Source: Eledone cirrhosa
Lineage: Eukaryota
NCBI GenBank assembly: GCA_964016885.1
Contig: OZ024740.1
Location: 146,134,001 to 146,198,000, forward strand
Direction: 5' to 3'
DNA: 64,000 nucleotides
Translations under genes and position numbers: made by a program
Notes under the pieces: generated by a model
Seen by the model: the letters and a program-made list of their open reading frames with translations, nothing else
Told to the model about the DNA's origin: nothing
Database searches by the model: none
Shown: in pieces, positions 11,940 through 25,660 of the stretch
Numbering within the stretch: position 1 is the first letter of the stretch
How the letters are laid out: each line of letters begins with the position of its first letter

Positions 11940-12903
11940 TGTCATAAACATACAAATATAGATAAGTTCCAACTATGGAGACAGAATTTAGAATCAAAAG
12001 GCCTGAGAGTAAACTTAGTCAAAAGTGCTAGCGAGTAGGAGAGAAGATAGGGCTCTGATTCCTTCAGGGAAGTGGCTCTGCTCAATATGTAGAAAGGGAG
12101 TAGGCATAAACTCCATACAATGTACACAATGTAAATCTTGGATACACAAGAGATGTTGTGGGATAACATGTAGACTAACACTGGAAGGGAAGACTTTGTT
12201 TGTAGAAGATGCACAGGGTTAACCGAGAGGAAGATAACCAGTGATGTAAACCTATTCCAGGCACAGGAAGAACCCGTAGAAGTGGTTGATAGCTTCTGCT
12301 ATCTAGGTGACCTAATTAGCAATGGAGGAGGGTGCTCTCAGAACATAATAGATAGAATAAGGATAGGTTGGAAAAAGTTCAGAGAGCTACTCCCACTGTT
12401 AACCACAAGAGGTTTCTCCCTACATACAAAAGGACGACTGTGTGATGCCTGTGTGCGAAGTGCAATGCTGCATGGTAGTGAAACATGGGATGTGACTGCA
12501 TGTGTAGACTGGAGAGAAATGAAGTAACCATGCTCTGTTGGATGTGCAATGTAAGTATGAGAGAAAGGCAGAGCTTGGAGGAACTGAGGGAGAAACAGGG
12601 TTTATGACGAATACAAAGTGGTGCACAGGAGAGAAGAATGCATTGTTTTGGACATGTGATGCATATGGACAATGATTATTGGGCGAAGAAATACCAGGAA
12701 ATGCCAGTGGAAAGAAGTCGCAGTGGTAGAGGTAGACCAAGAAAAATCTGGGCAGAGGTTGTGAGAGCTGACCTCAAATCACTGAGACTCACAGAAGAGA
12801 TGACAAAGGGTTGTGACATATAGAGAGATGTTGTGCTGAGACGGACCCGTCCAACGCATGCAATTTTGAAAAAACGGACGTAAAACGATGATGATGATAA
12901 TGA
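11940..12903 (+). mobile_element. RTE LINE 3' portion (PHD-like insert, C-terminus, (GAT)n tail)
   Basis: CSICRKGVGINSIQCTQCKSWIHKRC, FCYLGDLI..GWKKFRELLPLL, GRGRPRKIW, and the tail GGACGTAAAACGATGATGATGAT. Confidence 0.85.
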
Positions 12904-13324
12904 TATATATATATATATACAAATTTAAGGTATCAAAACATATCAAATATGCTTGATATTTGTGCTTCTCAATAAAAAAGAAAAATAGGGAAGATGATAA
13001 TACAAGAAGAAAAAGGAGAAACCCCAAACGCTCAATCAGATGCCACAAGGGGTCCTGGAGTTTCCTTCTAAAAATCTTTGAGGCAAATTATTGCAAAATA
13101 AAATTGAATTAATCTCAAACGTTATTGTATACCAATTCCTTGTTCATCTATCTCATCAACTGACATTACTGAAGAAATGGTTTGATGTTGAATAACCCAG
13201 TCATTTGAGAAAGGGAAACCTCCGTGAATTATTACAGGGTCTCCAAGATTGGTAAGAGGAAAGTGAGGAAGTTATCCTCAGACTGGAGATAGATTAAGTT
13301 CATCACCCAAGAACAAGAACGGTG

Positions 13325-13445
13325 CCTTCTACAAGCCTTTGCACAGTCTCCGTCGACTAAATTCCCCTCACAAGACTTTGGTTGATCCGAAGCTATGCTA
13401 GAAGACACGTGCCTAACGCATTGCGTGCGGTGTGGGATCGAAACG
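13325..13445 (-). mobile_element. Second tRNA-SINE family fragment
   Basis: AAATTCCCCTCACAAGACTTTGGTTGATCCGAAGCTAT..AGAAGACACGTGCC is shared with copies at about 20370-20535, 25490-25660, 32510-32670 and 56790-56930. Confidence 0.6.
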
Positions 13446-13749
13446 AAATATGATAAAAGAAGTCAGGATTGAATAAAGTTAAATATCCTCGAAGTGAAAA
13501 ATATAAAACGATGTAACGGTTGCAAACACTGTCACATGGCATAATTAAAACTAATGAACTCGTCTTAATTTCATAAAATTATGGAAATTTGCTTCAGGAG
13601 AAAAAAGTAGTTTTTTTTACATTAGTAACACCCATAAGGTGCTTGAATATTGACAATTTAAATGAAGGATTAGGTTTAAAATCTTAATATTCAAGTGATC
13701 AGTATGCCCACCCATACTTGAAAATAGTTAACACTTGAAGCATTTAATC

Positions 13750-14089
13750 ACTTTAATAGAACATGCACTCATTCAGTTTTTATCGTGTTCAGTTATATAG
13801 TTAAATATTCATTTTTGTGTCGCGCTTGCCTGCTGACTACTACAATCCTTAGTCTCCGTTGCAGTAGCAACTACTACTACATCCAGAATTACTACTATTT
13901 TCCTGACACGCTTAAACTGAGTCTTGGAAACCGACGACTGCACCCGTTTTCTCCAGTTTCTTTACTATTTCTCCCCACCTCGCTTCCTTCCGTGTGTGGT
14001 AGACCATTTTCTAAAGGCCCTTTCCATGAAAGATGTGAAATAGCTTTAAATATTTTTCTTTCACCTTTATATACGGATTGTTTACCAAA
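13750..14089 (+). promoter_or_regulatory. Putative promoter / 5' leader of the tetraspanin gene
   Basis: Non-repetitive, CpG-retaining sequence directly upstream of the ATG. It has TCAGT initiator-like motifs near 13773 and 13789 and two tiny uORFs at 14026-14043. The TSS was not determined. Confidence 0.5.
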
Positions 14090-14155
14090 ATGGGTTTTGA
14101 AGGAAAATCGTTCTGTCTGAAATTGTGTGTTTTATGTTTCACCTTTTTATTTTGG
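14090..14155 (+). CDS. Tetraspanin (CD9/CD81-like) coding exon 1: MGFEGKSFCLKLCVLCFTFLFW
   Basis: Start context caaaATGG and 22 codons ending at TGG|GTAAGT. It aligns residue for residue with the CD81 N-terminus MGVEGCTKCIKYLLFVFNFVFW, including the phase-0 intron after W22. Confidence 0.85.
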
Positions 14156-17100
14156 GTAAGTATTTTGATTTATTAAACATTTTGAAACATTTTGTCTTAT
14201 GTTCACATAAACTTAGTACGAAATCGACCATCCTGAAAATATAATCTAAACCTATTATTTTAGTCTGTAAGTAAACATTAATTATCGCAATAGACAATAA
14301 AATGTCTCGTGGTACATTGGAGACCCGATATCACGATTTATTAAGGTATAAGTGCGTTATTAACTGTCAATGTAAAATATTTTAAAATTAATGTGAAGCT
14401 TTCTTCTGTGACAATTCTTTAGCTTTATTTCTTCATTTTATTCACACATTCATCTGCGCTCTTCATTTAACATGCACATATGCTTATATATATACATATA
14501 TCCTACTGTCTGTTCAGCCGAAAAGCGTTGATTTCCAGATTGCTTTAAATGCTAATGAGTTTCTCAGTACATAAACAATTAAGAAAAAATTTCTTTCAGT
14601 TGCTTTAAAAAAAAAATCTTATGGGTTCATTTAAATCTTTTTAAAAAATGTTAACCCAATTCGATATAATTGATAGAACATGCTCAATATCAATCCTCAT
14701 TTTTTTTTTTTTTTACATTTTTTTTGTCTAATTAAACAAAAACTTTTATTTTAGTATTTTTCCTCACTTTTGTAATATTGATACTTAACATTTAATGCAA
14801 TGAAATTTACCGGGTCACTGGCGTCTTCAGTTTCAGAAAATTCACTAATGAACTGGTGTCCAAAACACAACCCTATAGTGCTTGTCGTCGTACAAAATTA
14901 TTAGTAGTTGGGTGCAAGTGTCAAATATAAATATATTTTTACTTTATGAGTAATCATTAGAACTGATCTGTTTATCTTTCTTTAATGACATATATTTAAA
15001 TATTCTTTATACATTATATTTCTTATGAGTAATTCGATGATGAATCAGTGCCCCGCCTTAAAATCGAATTCCATGACATATATGTATATATGGCGAATAA
15101 AATGGAACATTATGAAGCGATTAAAATCGATGGGTTTAAATTTTACAGACTTCTTTTATTGTTCGTGTAAATTTAGTTAAATTGAGAACAAATTGAATAT
15201 ATCTTACGAACTCTCTACTTGCTTTTGAAATTCGTCTAGCCCTATTTGTTGCATAATTACCTTTCTTTCTCTTTCATTGATATTGTCACATCTAGTGGAG
15301 GAAAAAACGATCCTTTTGTTCAGGATTTAATTTTAAAAACGTTAACACTAACTTTTTTTTTTTTTTGTGCAGTCATTAAATAGGTTTAGTTTAAAATGCA
15401 TGAATCTCGTGGGTGATTTCTTTCTGCATTTAATTAGCTGGTCTAACAATGAACTACTCTAGCTAGTATCGAACTAGGAAATTAATAGACTGTAAACGAC
15501 ACTACACTTTACTGCTTTCGCTCGGTATGAAAGCTTGTTTTAGTTGTCAGTGCTTCTTAATTTAAACGATTGTCTTTTGTAGGAAATCCGGCATTTATCT
15601 ACATTTAAATCTTCTAAGTGATCGTTAACAATTTATCTGAATCTCCATGTTTAAACGCTATTTTATCTATGAAATTCATAATCGTGCTCATTTTATTTCG
15701 TGGTATATTATGACTTAGTTTAGATAATGGATGGATAACAATTTCTTTGTTTTGTTTTTTGTGTTTTTTTTTTTGCTTTGTAAAGATTACTTCTCACTTA
15801 TATGGATTAAGTGAGGAAATAATTACTATAAGATGAATAGAAAGTTAAAGAGCCTTCGTTTATATTACATTGAATGAGAGGCTATGTATCAGATCCAGTG
15901 TTACAAGTATATTCTTCAAAATAAATTATAACTTCATTTTTAACGGAACTTCTTTCACAATTGTCTAACCCATTCATTTCTACAGACTTTCTCTGATAGG
16001 TGTCTTTCTAGCTTTCAATATTAAAAAAAATATTAAGGGAATATCGATTCCTTACTGCTTTTCCCAAAGATATTAATTAGTAGTAGGGGTGCTGTAAAAT
16101 GGGTTCAACGTGCAATCCGTGGAACATTGGCATATTTTCATTCCCCGTTCTTCTTCGGATATTCTTTTTTTTCCCACCGCATAACCCTTTCTTTTCCTTG
16201 TCTACACTGACTTTCAATCGCCTCCTTTAAGCTTATCATTTTTACTCTTTATCTCCAGCTGTTTATTTTCTTTTCTGTTGAATTCATCATTTCTCCATCA
16301 CCGTCACTCCTTTCGCTTATCTTCAATCATTTGTATCTTTCAATTACTGCTATTATTTTCCACCCCCTTTTCATTATCGATCTCCTTCAAATCGCATCTA
16401 TTCTCTCTCACTGTCCATCCTTAATTTCCCCACCACCTTCTTTAGCCGTATACTCGATCTTCTCTAAAACCCTATACATTTAGGCAGTTTAGAAATATAT
16501 GATTTTAGTTCTCATGAAAAGATAGACGGTTTATTCATACAAGTTCTTTATTGAGATAAGCAATATATTTCGTTAACTTAATAGACCAAAAATACTTTTC
16601 TTTGTCAAACAATTTAAATACATTTTTAATTAGTGGTTTTGATATAGCATATTTTTAGAATGATTCTATTCGAATTTTAAGAATTTCATTTTATTTCAAT
16701 TTGGGTTTGCTACTTGATAAAATTTCAGAAATGTATTGCTAGTTACATCATTACTTACATATATTACTAAATTAATCTTTTCCCTTTCTTTTGGGCCAAC
16801 TGTGGTTGTAATAATTAACAGGTATTCAATTCAACATCACCGCAAGCTTCAATTTCGAGGCATTCAACTACGAAATTATACCTTTTTGTCAAATGGGTGA
16901 AAGTAATTTTGGCCAAAGATTCCCTCTTTTTTTTTTTTTTTTTTTTTTTTTCCGCGGAAGAAAGACATTTCCCATAGCCTGTCCAGGATTTGATGGGAGT
17001 GGCAAGCATTATAAGATTTATGTAAACTAAAAACGAATGGTTTTCAATTATATGAATTTTTTTCTTTAGAATTTGTGATATTAATTAAAGGTATTATTAA

Positions 17101-17767
17101 AATCTTACAACAAAATACAACCCAATAGAATTTAAGAGTAGTTTATTGTATTGAGATGTTTTATATTTTAAATCATCTTATAGCATATGACTGGAATGTG
17201 TCAGAACCCTGATTAATACGAACATTTGATTTTCAAGGAAAAGAATTGTGATTTACATTTAATATTTGTAAATTGGAAACTTTGACAGTTGTTCCATTAT
17301 TGTTGGCATAATGTAATTGCTTAAAGTATGAAATGTAGTTAATTGGTTTGTTTCTGATTGGAAATAAATTTCCAACTTAATAGTCGATAATTCGTTATAA
17401 ATTAAGGGTATCTAATAAATTAGCTTTGTAAATAAAATTTTTAAAACTTCAATCTACAGAAAAAGTGATATTGAAGCCCCAGGTTTAAATTTCAGAAGTA
17501 AGGTTTAGCATAATACTTTTAGTGATATAAAGTTTAACTTCAATGTGAGGGAGTCGTAATTATCTTATAGGCTTTCTTTCCCGAGGACAAAACACTGACG
17601 CGACAGCAATATGTAAGTCAAGATGGAATAGAATGACTATGAAATTAAGTTTTAAGTTTCAAGACTTCTTTCTCTCTGTCCCAATACAAGAACAAGATAT
17701 TAAGTTACTTAGTTCGATGTTTATTCAGTTTTGCTTCTTTTATTGCATAAAACACTAGATTTGTAAT

Positions 17768-18000
17768 ATGAGGTCGTTAAAAAAATATCGGAAAACTGTA
17801 TATTTGATATTCTCGGAAGCTTTGGTCCTTAACCTGTCTTATCGATGTTCGCAGGTAGGCCATCTTGAATTACAGCTGATAATTGCGCAAACCTCGTGAT
17901 CCATATTTCATTTTGTCATCACAACTTGATTGTCATTGACAATTCACACACGTAGGTTTCCTCAACTCACAGGTGAATATTTGACGTTGGAATAGTGGTT
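17768..18000 (-). mobile_element. Possible Tc1/mariner remnant
   Basis: TIR-like TATGAGGTCGTTAAAAAAAT at about 17768, with weak HTH-like decayed translation on the minus strand. Confidence 0.35.
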
Positions 18001-18228
18001 GAAAACTAACTGAAACGATGAAAGCAATAGAAAAGACAATTTAGGAATCCCCCCTTCTCTTAAAGATCAGGTGTGCAAGAAAATCATAGTACTGTAGTTA
18101 CCTTGTAAATAGTTTTGAAAATCGAGTGATACATTTCATTCCAAAAACCATTTCAATAGGTGCAAGATGATAAATGGCTAAACTGATAGAAAATAATTTA
18201 GACAATATTTTATATTGCAACTGAATAC

Positions 18229-18261
<33 letters not shown>

Positions 18262-18399
18262 GTACAATTTATTTATTAGTTTTTTTAAATTTTTATTTCA
18301 TATCTGAAATTAATTCAGCTGCTCTCATTTTCAAACAAAATGTTCAAGATAGTTTAACTTAGAACAGATTTATTTGTCTGGTATTGAGATAACCAAACT

Positions 18400-19880
18400 T
18401 ATTATTCTGACATGTATTCTTATGCAGCAACCCACTGTATTAAAAGATGCCTTTATAGGAACTTGGTTACTATAAAATAGCATCTGTTCAATTGGCTGTC
18501 ATGTAAGACACCTCCAATGCCACTGCAACATTAAACACAATTTCACTATTTTGTGTGATAAATGTAGCTTGCCTTAAAAAATCTCATCTTTGAGCACTTT
18601 ATAAATTTGCTCTGTTGCAAGCACTCAGAAAAAGTATTCTATTTGAAGAAAGCCCACTCTCCCTCTCTCTCTTGAAGTGCATTTTCTTCTGGCTAATACC
18701 ATTGTTAGAAAATACTGGTAAAGACCCTAAACCCATGAGTAATACCTTTGGTAGCTGCAATATTAACTGGCACAAAATCCCTTATTCAGTTCTCCCCCTT
18801 TTCATGACTAGCATGTTACTCTAGAAAACACAGGATTTCCAAATGCCAGTCCAAATTCCTCTGTTAATCAATACACACATAGATTGATACAGGAGCTTTG
18901 AGTTCTTTTTTTTTTCTCTCTCTTCCCTGTCCCATCAAGGTCTGTAAGAATAAGAACCAATCTGCTGGAGATTCTCCTTCCTCTTCCTTAGTATCTGTGG
19001 ACTTCAGTTCAACTTTCACTCTACTATACCTACTATTCTTCTCTGAAACACAAATCTCCTCCACTATTTCTTATTCCTCATTGCTGTCCTGGAATGTTGC
19101 CAGTTCTATGTTAACAGATGAACTTCCCTGCTAATTCTCCAAAACAGCTACAGGAGTGGCTAAAATCATCCTTCTATGTGTATTCTCATAACTAAGAACA
19201 ATTCTAAAACCCTTAAGGAGTTCACACTGCTGCAGCTGAGAAGAACATTACCTGCTACAAGTGGAAATAATTACTGATCATCAACTGAGCTGTGTTTACT
19301 CATAGTGCATACAAATGACAACCAGTAAAAGAAAAGATGTTTTCCTGTATCACATGGCTTGCAAACTAACTTGGAATTTCAGCCAGGTTTTCTGATTATT
19401 TACCAAGGTCATTTCATCTCTACTAACTTTGTATAGATCCCTAGTATTTTTGCCCATCAGTACTATAATACATAAAACAGTACTATAATACATGGTCAGT
19501 ACTATAATACATAAAACCATGTTTGGTGCTTGCTTTGTTTCTAATTTCACTCTGTACACTGATCAAAACATTTTCTGATATTTCCATCATAAGCACACAG
19601 TAACCCAGTGTAAAACCTTAATGCAATAAAGCAAATAGTCTGTTATTTCCCTTAAACAATGTGCTCTGAAGATAGTTTCTATCCTCACCATCTTCAACAC
19701 CATCTTTCTATTGCTTTCTGTTATAAGTTGTAGAAATAAAATGTCAGTTTCTTAAAAGCATCTTCTTTGAACTTCCAACTATTTTATCATTTTTATTTTA
19801 AACATGTCTAAATGACAACCAACCTATCACCTTGAGACTCTTGAGTCAATTTACTATAGGCTCGCATTTCTATTTTTCTA
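18400..19880 (-). mobile_element. Highly decayed LINE remnant (clade unresolved)
   Basis: Weak minus-strand RT-like fragments (GFVP..C near 18760-18790; FNVA near 18520-18540). Confidence 0.35.
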
Positions 19881-20892
19881 TGTCTCACTTTAATGGCCCC
19901 TTGTTTTTGAGAACTTTAATACCAGCAAAACCTATGACCCTGTTTGGAAAGGGTACCTGGTAGTTGCTCCTTTATGGAACTTTTGAAACAATTGTAATGT
20001 CTTGATCAAGCTAAATTAAAATAACAAATTACTTGTAATAATCACCTAAAATCTAATTATCAAATAGAATTTTCTTGGTCCGAAATTGTTGATATAAGTT
20101 ATACTGAATTTGTCTTGGATAAGAGTTGATGAATAACAAGGAAAAAATATTGAAGATATTCCTTTATTTTTTATCCTGGTTTCAGTCACTGAACTCTGGT
20201 CATGCTGAGGGACCTCCTTCAAGGCTTTTAGTTGATTAGATTAATCTCAAAACATATTTCCGTTTGGTACTTATTGGTACTTATTGAAAGACAATGTTAT
20301 CTTTTTGACATATCAGTTTAACTGGCAATATGGTGAAACACAAACAAGAACCCACATTCATAAGGATACATGATAGTCTTTTGCACTGTTTTTATCTACC
20401 ATATTCCACTCGAGCTATTTGTAAAACTTGAAGCTATAGTAGTAGTCATTTAATGAAAGTGCTGTGTATTGGGATTGAAAACAGATCCATGTAGTTGTGA
20501 AACAAACTTCTTACACAGCCATGCCTGCACCTATACTGTTGTTGTTTCATAATCATTACCATTGTCATCTTCATCAGCATGTCTTTTTTTCAATGTTAGC
20601 AAGTGAGGGTTGGCAGTAAAGTACTCCTCTGCCATACATCTTTCGTGTATTATTACATCTAATGGTCTTAAACCTGGTATAACCAGTGACTTTCAAGTCT
20701 TTCTTGAATAATTTCTTACATTAGTCTTTCATGTTCAATAGTTTCTTAACTTGTACTTAGTCTCTTTTTAAGTTAATATTGCACCCTAATGGATTTTTTT
20801 TTTCTCAAGCCATGCTTTCTCAAATTCTCAGCATTCCTTATCTGTTTCGCTGCTCTTTAGAGCAATATAAATTGCAAATATCTTACATAGTC

Positions 20893-21097
20893 TTAACCCT
20901 TTAGTATTTAAACCAGCAGTATCTGGACAGAATTCTCTCACCTCTTTCTGTTAAAACTGGCCATAACTGGCTGCTCATATTTATGTTAAAGTATTGCTCA
21001 CAATAAATGTCAATCTCATGGATTCGATATGTGGATCAAGCGTTTACCATGAAAATACAATAATATATATAGAGTAATGTAAATGCTAAAGGGTTAA
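20893..21097 (+). mobile_element. MITE family A (TTAA-flanked, piggyBac-like)
   Basis: TTAA|CCCTTTAG ... CTAAAGGG|TTAA, with sister copies at 34167, 50421 and 56067. Confidence 0.85.
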
Positions 21098-22899
21098 ATA
21101 CAAAGATATTAATCATTTGTTGTTTAACCTGAATTATTTGTTGATAATTCAATCGTATGTCAAAGTAATCTAAGTGATATCCTAAATAACCTTTTAAGAA
21201 TATGGGAGTGATAACCTTGATAACAATACTGGTTCATATTGATGGTAACATGGCAACTTTTTGATATTTTTGAGATCTAATATTATTGTTCACTTCATCA
21301 TACATTTACTAGGGTCAGTTTTGTTGACTTGATTTTATTTACCTCACAATATTATTCTGGCACCAAGGAAAACCTTTCCATTATTGGGAGTCTCTATACT
21401 GTTCCTCGACCTGCAAGAAATAATAGCCATATTCCTTCAGATCACCCCTACTATTTTTAAAAAAGGATATAAAGATCAATGTAATACTAGATATACAAAA
21501 ACCAAGGTTATTTGAAGCAAAAAAAGAACTGGAAATGTCAGCTGAATTGAGTTAAACAATGTCACAATTGTTGATGGCTGTTATTTTGTTTCAGTTTTTA
21601 CCAACAAATTATTCCAGGTTTTAACTAACATCAATGTTCTTGTGAAGTTCATTGTATTGTGAAGTATTTTGAAATTCTTTTGAAAATTCTGTCAGCTATT
21701 TAAGCCGAAGAATCGGGTCAGATTAAGTCCTTTGGAGGCTCTGAGCACCTAAGATTATGGTGTCTCTCCCGATCCCTCTGGCTATATATAAATATTGCAA
21801 AACATTTTTTTCTTTTTTTAACAAATATAGTTTGAATAAAATGTTACATGATCAAGAAAAATATTTACAATAAATTTAATATTCATTTATTTTCCAAATT
21901 TTTTTGTAAACAAAAAAAGAAGGAAAACATTTAATGAAACTGATTCATCTTTGTTTTAAACACTTAAGAATTCTTTTGCTTATATAGTATACAATTTTAG
22001 ATTTTCATTTGCTGTCGAGCCCTCAATTTTGTGGATCTTGGTTCAGCTGCATGTTCCATGGAAAATCTCCCTTGTGCCCCTCTTCTCTTGATTCCCTAAG
22101 CATGTTTCTTTAGCTTAATAGTTAATCCAGCTGATCAGTATATTGTATTTCCATTCCCGAAAGTTGATTTAAAGTAATTAAGATTGGTTCAGTTTGCTTC
22201 TCACTGAAATGTGTATTGATAATTATTTTCCAAATGATTTTAGGGTGTTCAATATTTGACATCAGTTTGAGGGCTCTCTTTGTGTTAGACTTTCTAACAT
22301 AACCCCACCTATAATAGGAAAAGTAACAAAGAAAAAAACAAAACAAATACTTCACTTTTTTCTTGTCACCATCTTTATCACCATCATCCATATGTGTATT
22401 AAATGAAAGATTTGGTGGCATAAACTAAATCTTTTGAATATTCATTTCACATTCATATGGTGTCATAGTTTTAAGTGAAGCATAGAATGTAGGATAAAAA
22501 TGTCTGGCTATGAAATCAAGTAGTATCAAATTTCAAGAACATTAAAAAGACACAAATCTAATTTTAAGGTCATGTATGTAGTTTTCCTAAGATCTTTCTC
22601 CACACTGTTCTTCAACAACTTATCAAATTCTTTATAATCCCAACCTACTCTGTGGTTTCTTAAAGTTGTATGTTGTATAGTCTTGTGATGATCAACCATA
22701 ATGATATACCATGTGTGTTTGTATATTTATAATTCCATCTGTAACTTTTTAAAATTTACATAGACATGCATTTTCTGTTTTATTACTACAGTAAGTTCCT
22801 TTCCAATCACAAGGTCCTGGGTTCTAATCTGTAGTTCTCAAAAGTTACTAATACATTTGGGTGTGTGGGTGTGTGTGATCGATCATATTCTAGAAATGG

Positions 22900-24300
22900 A
22901 TTAAATGCCTGTGTTTGCTCTTTGCTTTCATTTCAAATCCTGTTGCTGGAAAAATAAAGCTTTTTCCAGGAGTTGCAATTGGTAGATATCAGCAATGGAA
23001 AGTTTCCTTGATCCAATCTGATCAGCTACTTTCTTCTCTTTTTGTGTGTAAGCTGCTGAATATACACAAATCAGCATCTTTTGACTCTCTCCTCATACAC
23101 GCAGTGGCAAACTCTTCACTGTGAGGTTGTATCTACTCTTCGTAGGTTGAAAAATCAATGGCAGATTGCAAATGCTCAAGAAATCCAAATGCTTGCAGAC
23201 AGGTATTCACTATTCCTGGAATGCAATAAAATGCCTCTTTAACTCAAGAAATTGTTTCATAGCACTAGTCTTGTCTTTTGATGATACATTTCTGCTCAAA
23301 GATAGTCAGCATAGTAAAAACTTCAATCAGCTTCTTAAACAGTAGTCCTGGAAGAATTTAGTGAAATATCCATCTGCCATCTTCGTGAGTTTCTGATCTT
23401 TAAGTTACTGCTGCTGTAAAACTCCTTAAACTGGAAATATCCTTGACTGGAAAACATTCCAACAAATCTTGGAGTATGATGACCTCTACACGAGTGTTTC
23501 ATTGACATTATGAAGGTGTGGAACCAGGAGTATTTACCTTGATATTGCAAAGATGTAAAAAATGTTACAATTTACAAAAAAGTGACACTCTAGTGTTCCA
23601 ACACTAGGGACAGAACACCCCTGTCCATTGTTGAGTAGTCTTGATCAAGTTTCTGTTCCAATCAATATCAGAAAACATCAGCAGAAGGATTGAAATAGGG
23701 GCAGGGGTTACTATTAAATTCTAACTTTACAACACCAGAAAGCTGCAAGTTCAAATTTTAGATTATTGAGCTACATTATGGTGATAACTGTGCTATACTT
23801 CACACTTCAGAAGTTTATGCCAATATAATTAAATCTCTCCTCCAAATTCTAGATTTTCATAATTCATGGTAATGAAAAGGTTAACATACAGCATTGTAGG
23901 TATGGTCCTACAGTCATTTGCTGATATAAGATTAAGCCCGCAGATTGTCCATTGAACCAACAGTATTGATTTTACATTATGCAGGGATCAACTGAATTGT
24001 AGTGTGCATGTCTGATTCATGTCTATCCAGCAGGATCTTCTGCATTCATCTACACTAAGTGAATGCCTGACTGGAATTGGCTCAAAAACTGAAGACCACT
24101 TTGAAGAAGTCCATCAGTCTGTCAAGAGTAGAAAGCAGTTAAGTCACTCACTTTGGAGGCCCCACTGAAGTGGGGTTAAAAATATGAATGAGACAGGTGT
24201 AGTACTATCAGAAGAATTGAGAAAAGAGGTATATATGCAGTTACACCTGACCATTTAAATCAAACATTTAAATATCCTGTCTCTGACCAAAACTGTACAT
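22900..24300 (+). mobile_element. Decayed RTE (BovB-type) LINE remnant
   Basis: NQWQIANAQEIQMLAD, KNFNQLL, AAVKLL..(G)KYP..ENIP, and a C-terminal MSDSCLSSRIF-like segment near 24008. Heavily disrupted. Confidence 0.5.
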
Positions 24301-25489
24301 CAAGAGAGGTACAGTCTTCTAAAGATCCACAAAGGTCATTGGATTTAATATCAGCAACCATAAGTGCTCTTTCTGTTTATTTATTCACGTTTTGCATAAG
24401 TTAAATTGATTTATGAAGAATTCAAGTGAACAAAATAACTCCTTTATTTTATGATCTAGAATTGTTCTTAATTACTGAGCTCTCACCAAGTTTTAAAATA
24501 TATCTTGTTTGAATATAGACCAACATTCCATTAGTGTTATAGATGTGGACCTGATTTCTTTGCTAGGACTAGGCTTGGGATAAATTACAAGACTTAAGGT
24601 ATTAGAAATTTCTGATTTTACTATTTTAGCAAAGCAAACAGTATGTGTATGGCACAAATTGTTTGGTATTTTTCATTCTTAAGCTTATTTTTTTTCTATT
24701 GTGGTATGTTTGCAAAACATGGCTAAAATGAAATATAACTGCAAAATAACATTTAGTAATAATGATATCAACTCTAATTGTCTGGTTCAAATTGTACTTA
24801 TAATTGTAGTGAGGGAATAATTTAAGGAAAATGTTGAGCAGAAAGATCAGAAACTGTAAATTTTGCCATTCATTGCCTCTAATTTTAACTCTGTATTATG
24901 AGAAGAATGTTTTACTGGTTTTCTATGGATAGTTTCAAATTGTTTCATCAGGAATAATAGCAAGTTAATGAATAAGCTAATTTATTTTGAGTATTATGAC
25001 ATTACATTTGTATTTGAGCTTAAAGATGAGGAATGTGATATAGTGAGCTTAGACGTCCATGTGTATATGTCTGTTAGCATAAAACAACCATTGGAATGGG
25101 AACAGGCATAAATTGTCAGTTATTTTCTGTTTGGAATCAAATAAGTAGTGCTAATTCTCCATTGTTGTGCAGACCTCCCATTATTTAACCATCTAAAATT
25201 ACTTTTAATATGAAAAATTACTTCTGTGTATTATGTACCATCACCAACACATTTTTACATTCCCATTTTTCATGCTTGTGTGGTTGGGACAAAACGTTTT
25301 TTCAGACACTTTATTTTAAGTGTAGTATATTTGCTGGTAACATTTGTTAAATTACTATGTTGCAGGGTGTATTTATGGGATATAAACAATGTCACCAGTG
25401 TCATTTTAAGTTATGACATGTTTGTGGTAACTGGCGTGCCCCACCCCAGTATATCTTTATATGTATACATATCTCATCATTATATATAA

Positions 25490-25660
25490 GCTGAAGCTTC
25501 CTACAGTTTGTCTACCAAATTCAGTTACAAATCATTGGTCAGCCAGGAGCTATAGCAGGGGACATTTTCCCAAGGTGCCACTGTGTGGCACCTTGGGCAA
25601 ATAAAACCAAGTGGGTTTGAAAGCAAACATTTTAACCCCCACAGCCATGTTGGCACCTGT
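25490..25660 (-). mobile_element. Second tRNA-SINE family copy containing a hairpin rearrangement
   Basis: GTCTACCAAATTC..GGTCAGCC..GCTATAG..CCCAAGGTGCCAC..AAGCAAAC..AACCCCACAGCCATG. Confidence 0.75.

Noticed and set aside
13040-13320. Possible exon of a divergent minus-strand gene
   Set aside because: There is only a short open stretch, without convincing splice sites or a recognisable domain.
13785-14120. 111-aa ORF at the promoter
   Set aside because: It has a non-ATG start, no recognisable motif, and overlaps the true exon in another frame.
17440-17620. GTAAG donor-like sites as an alternative first exon
   Set aside because: No supporting tetraspanin-like coding sequence or evidence of an acceptor or TSS.
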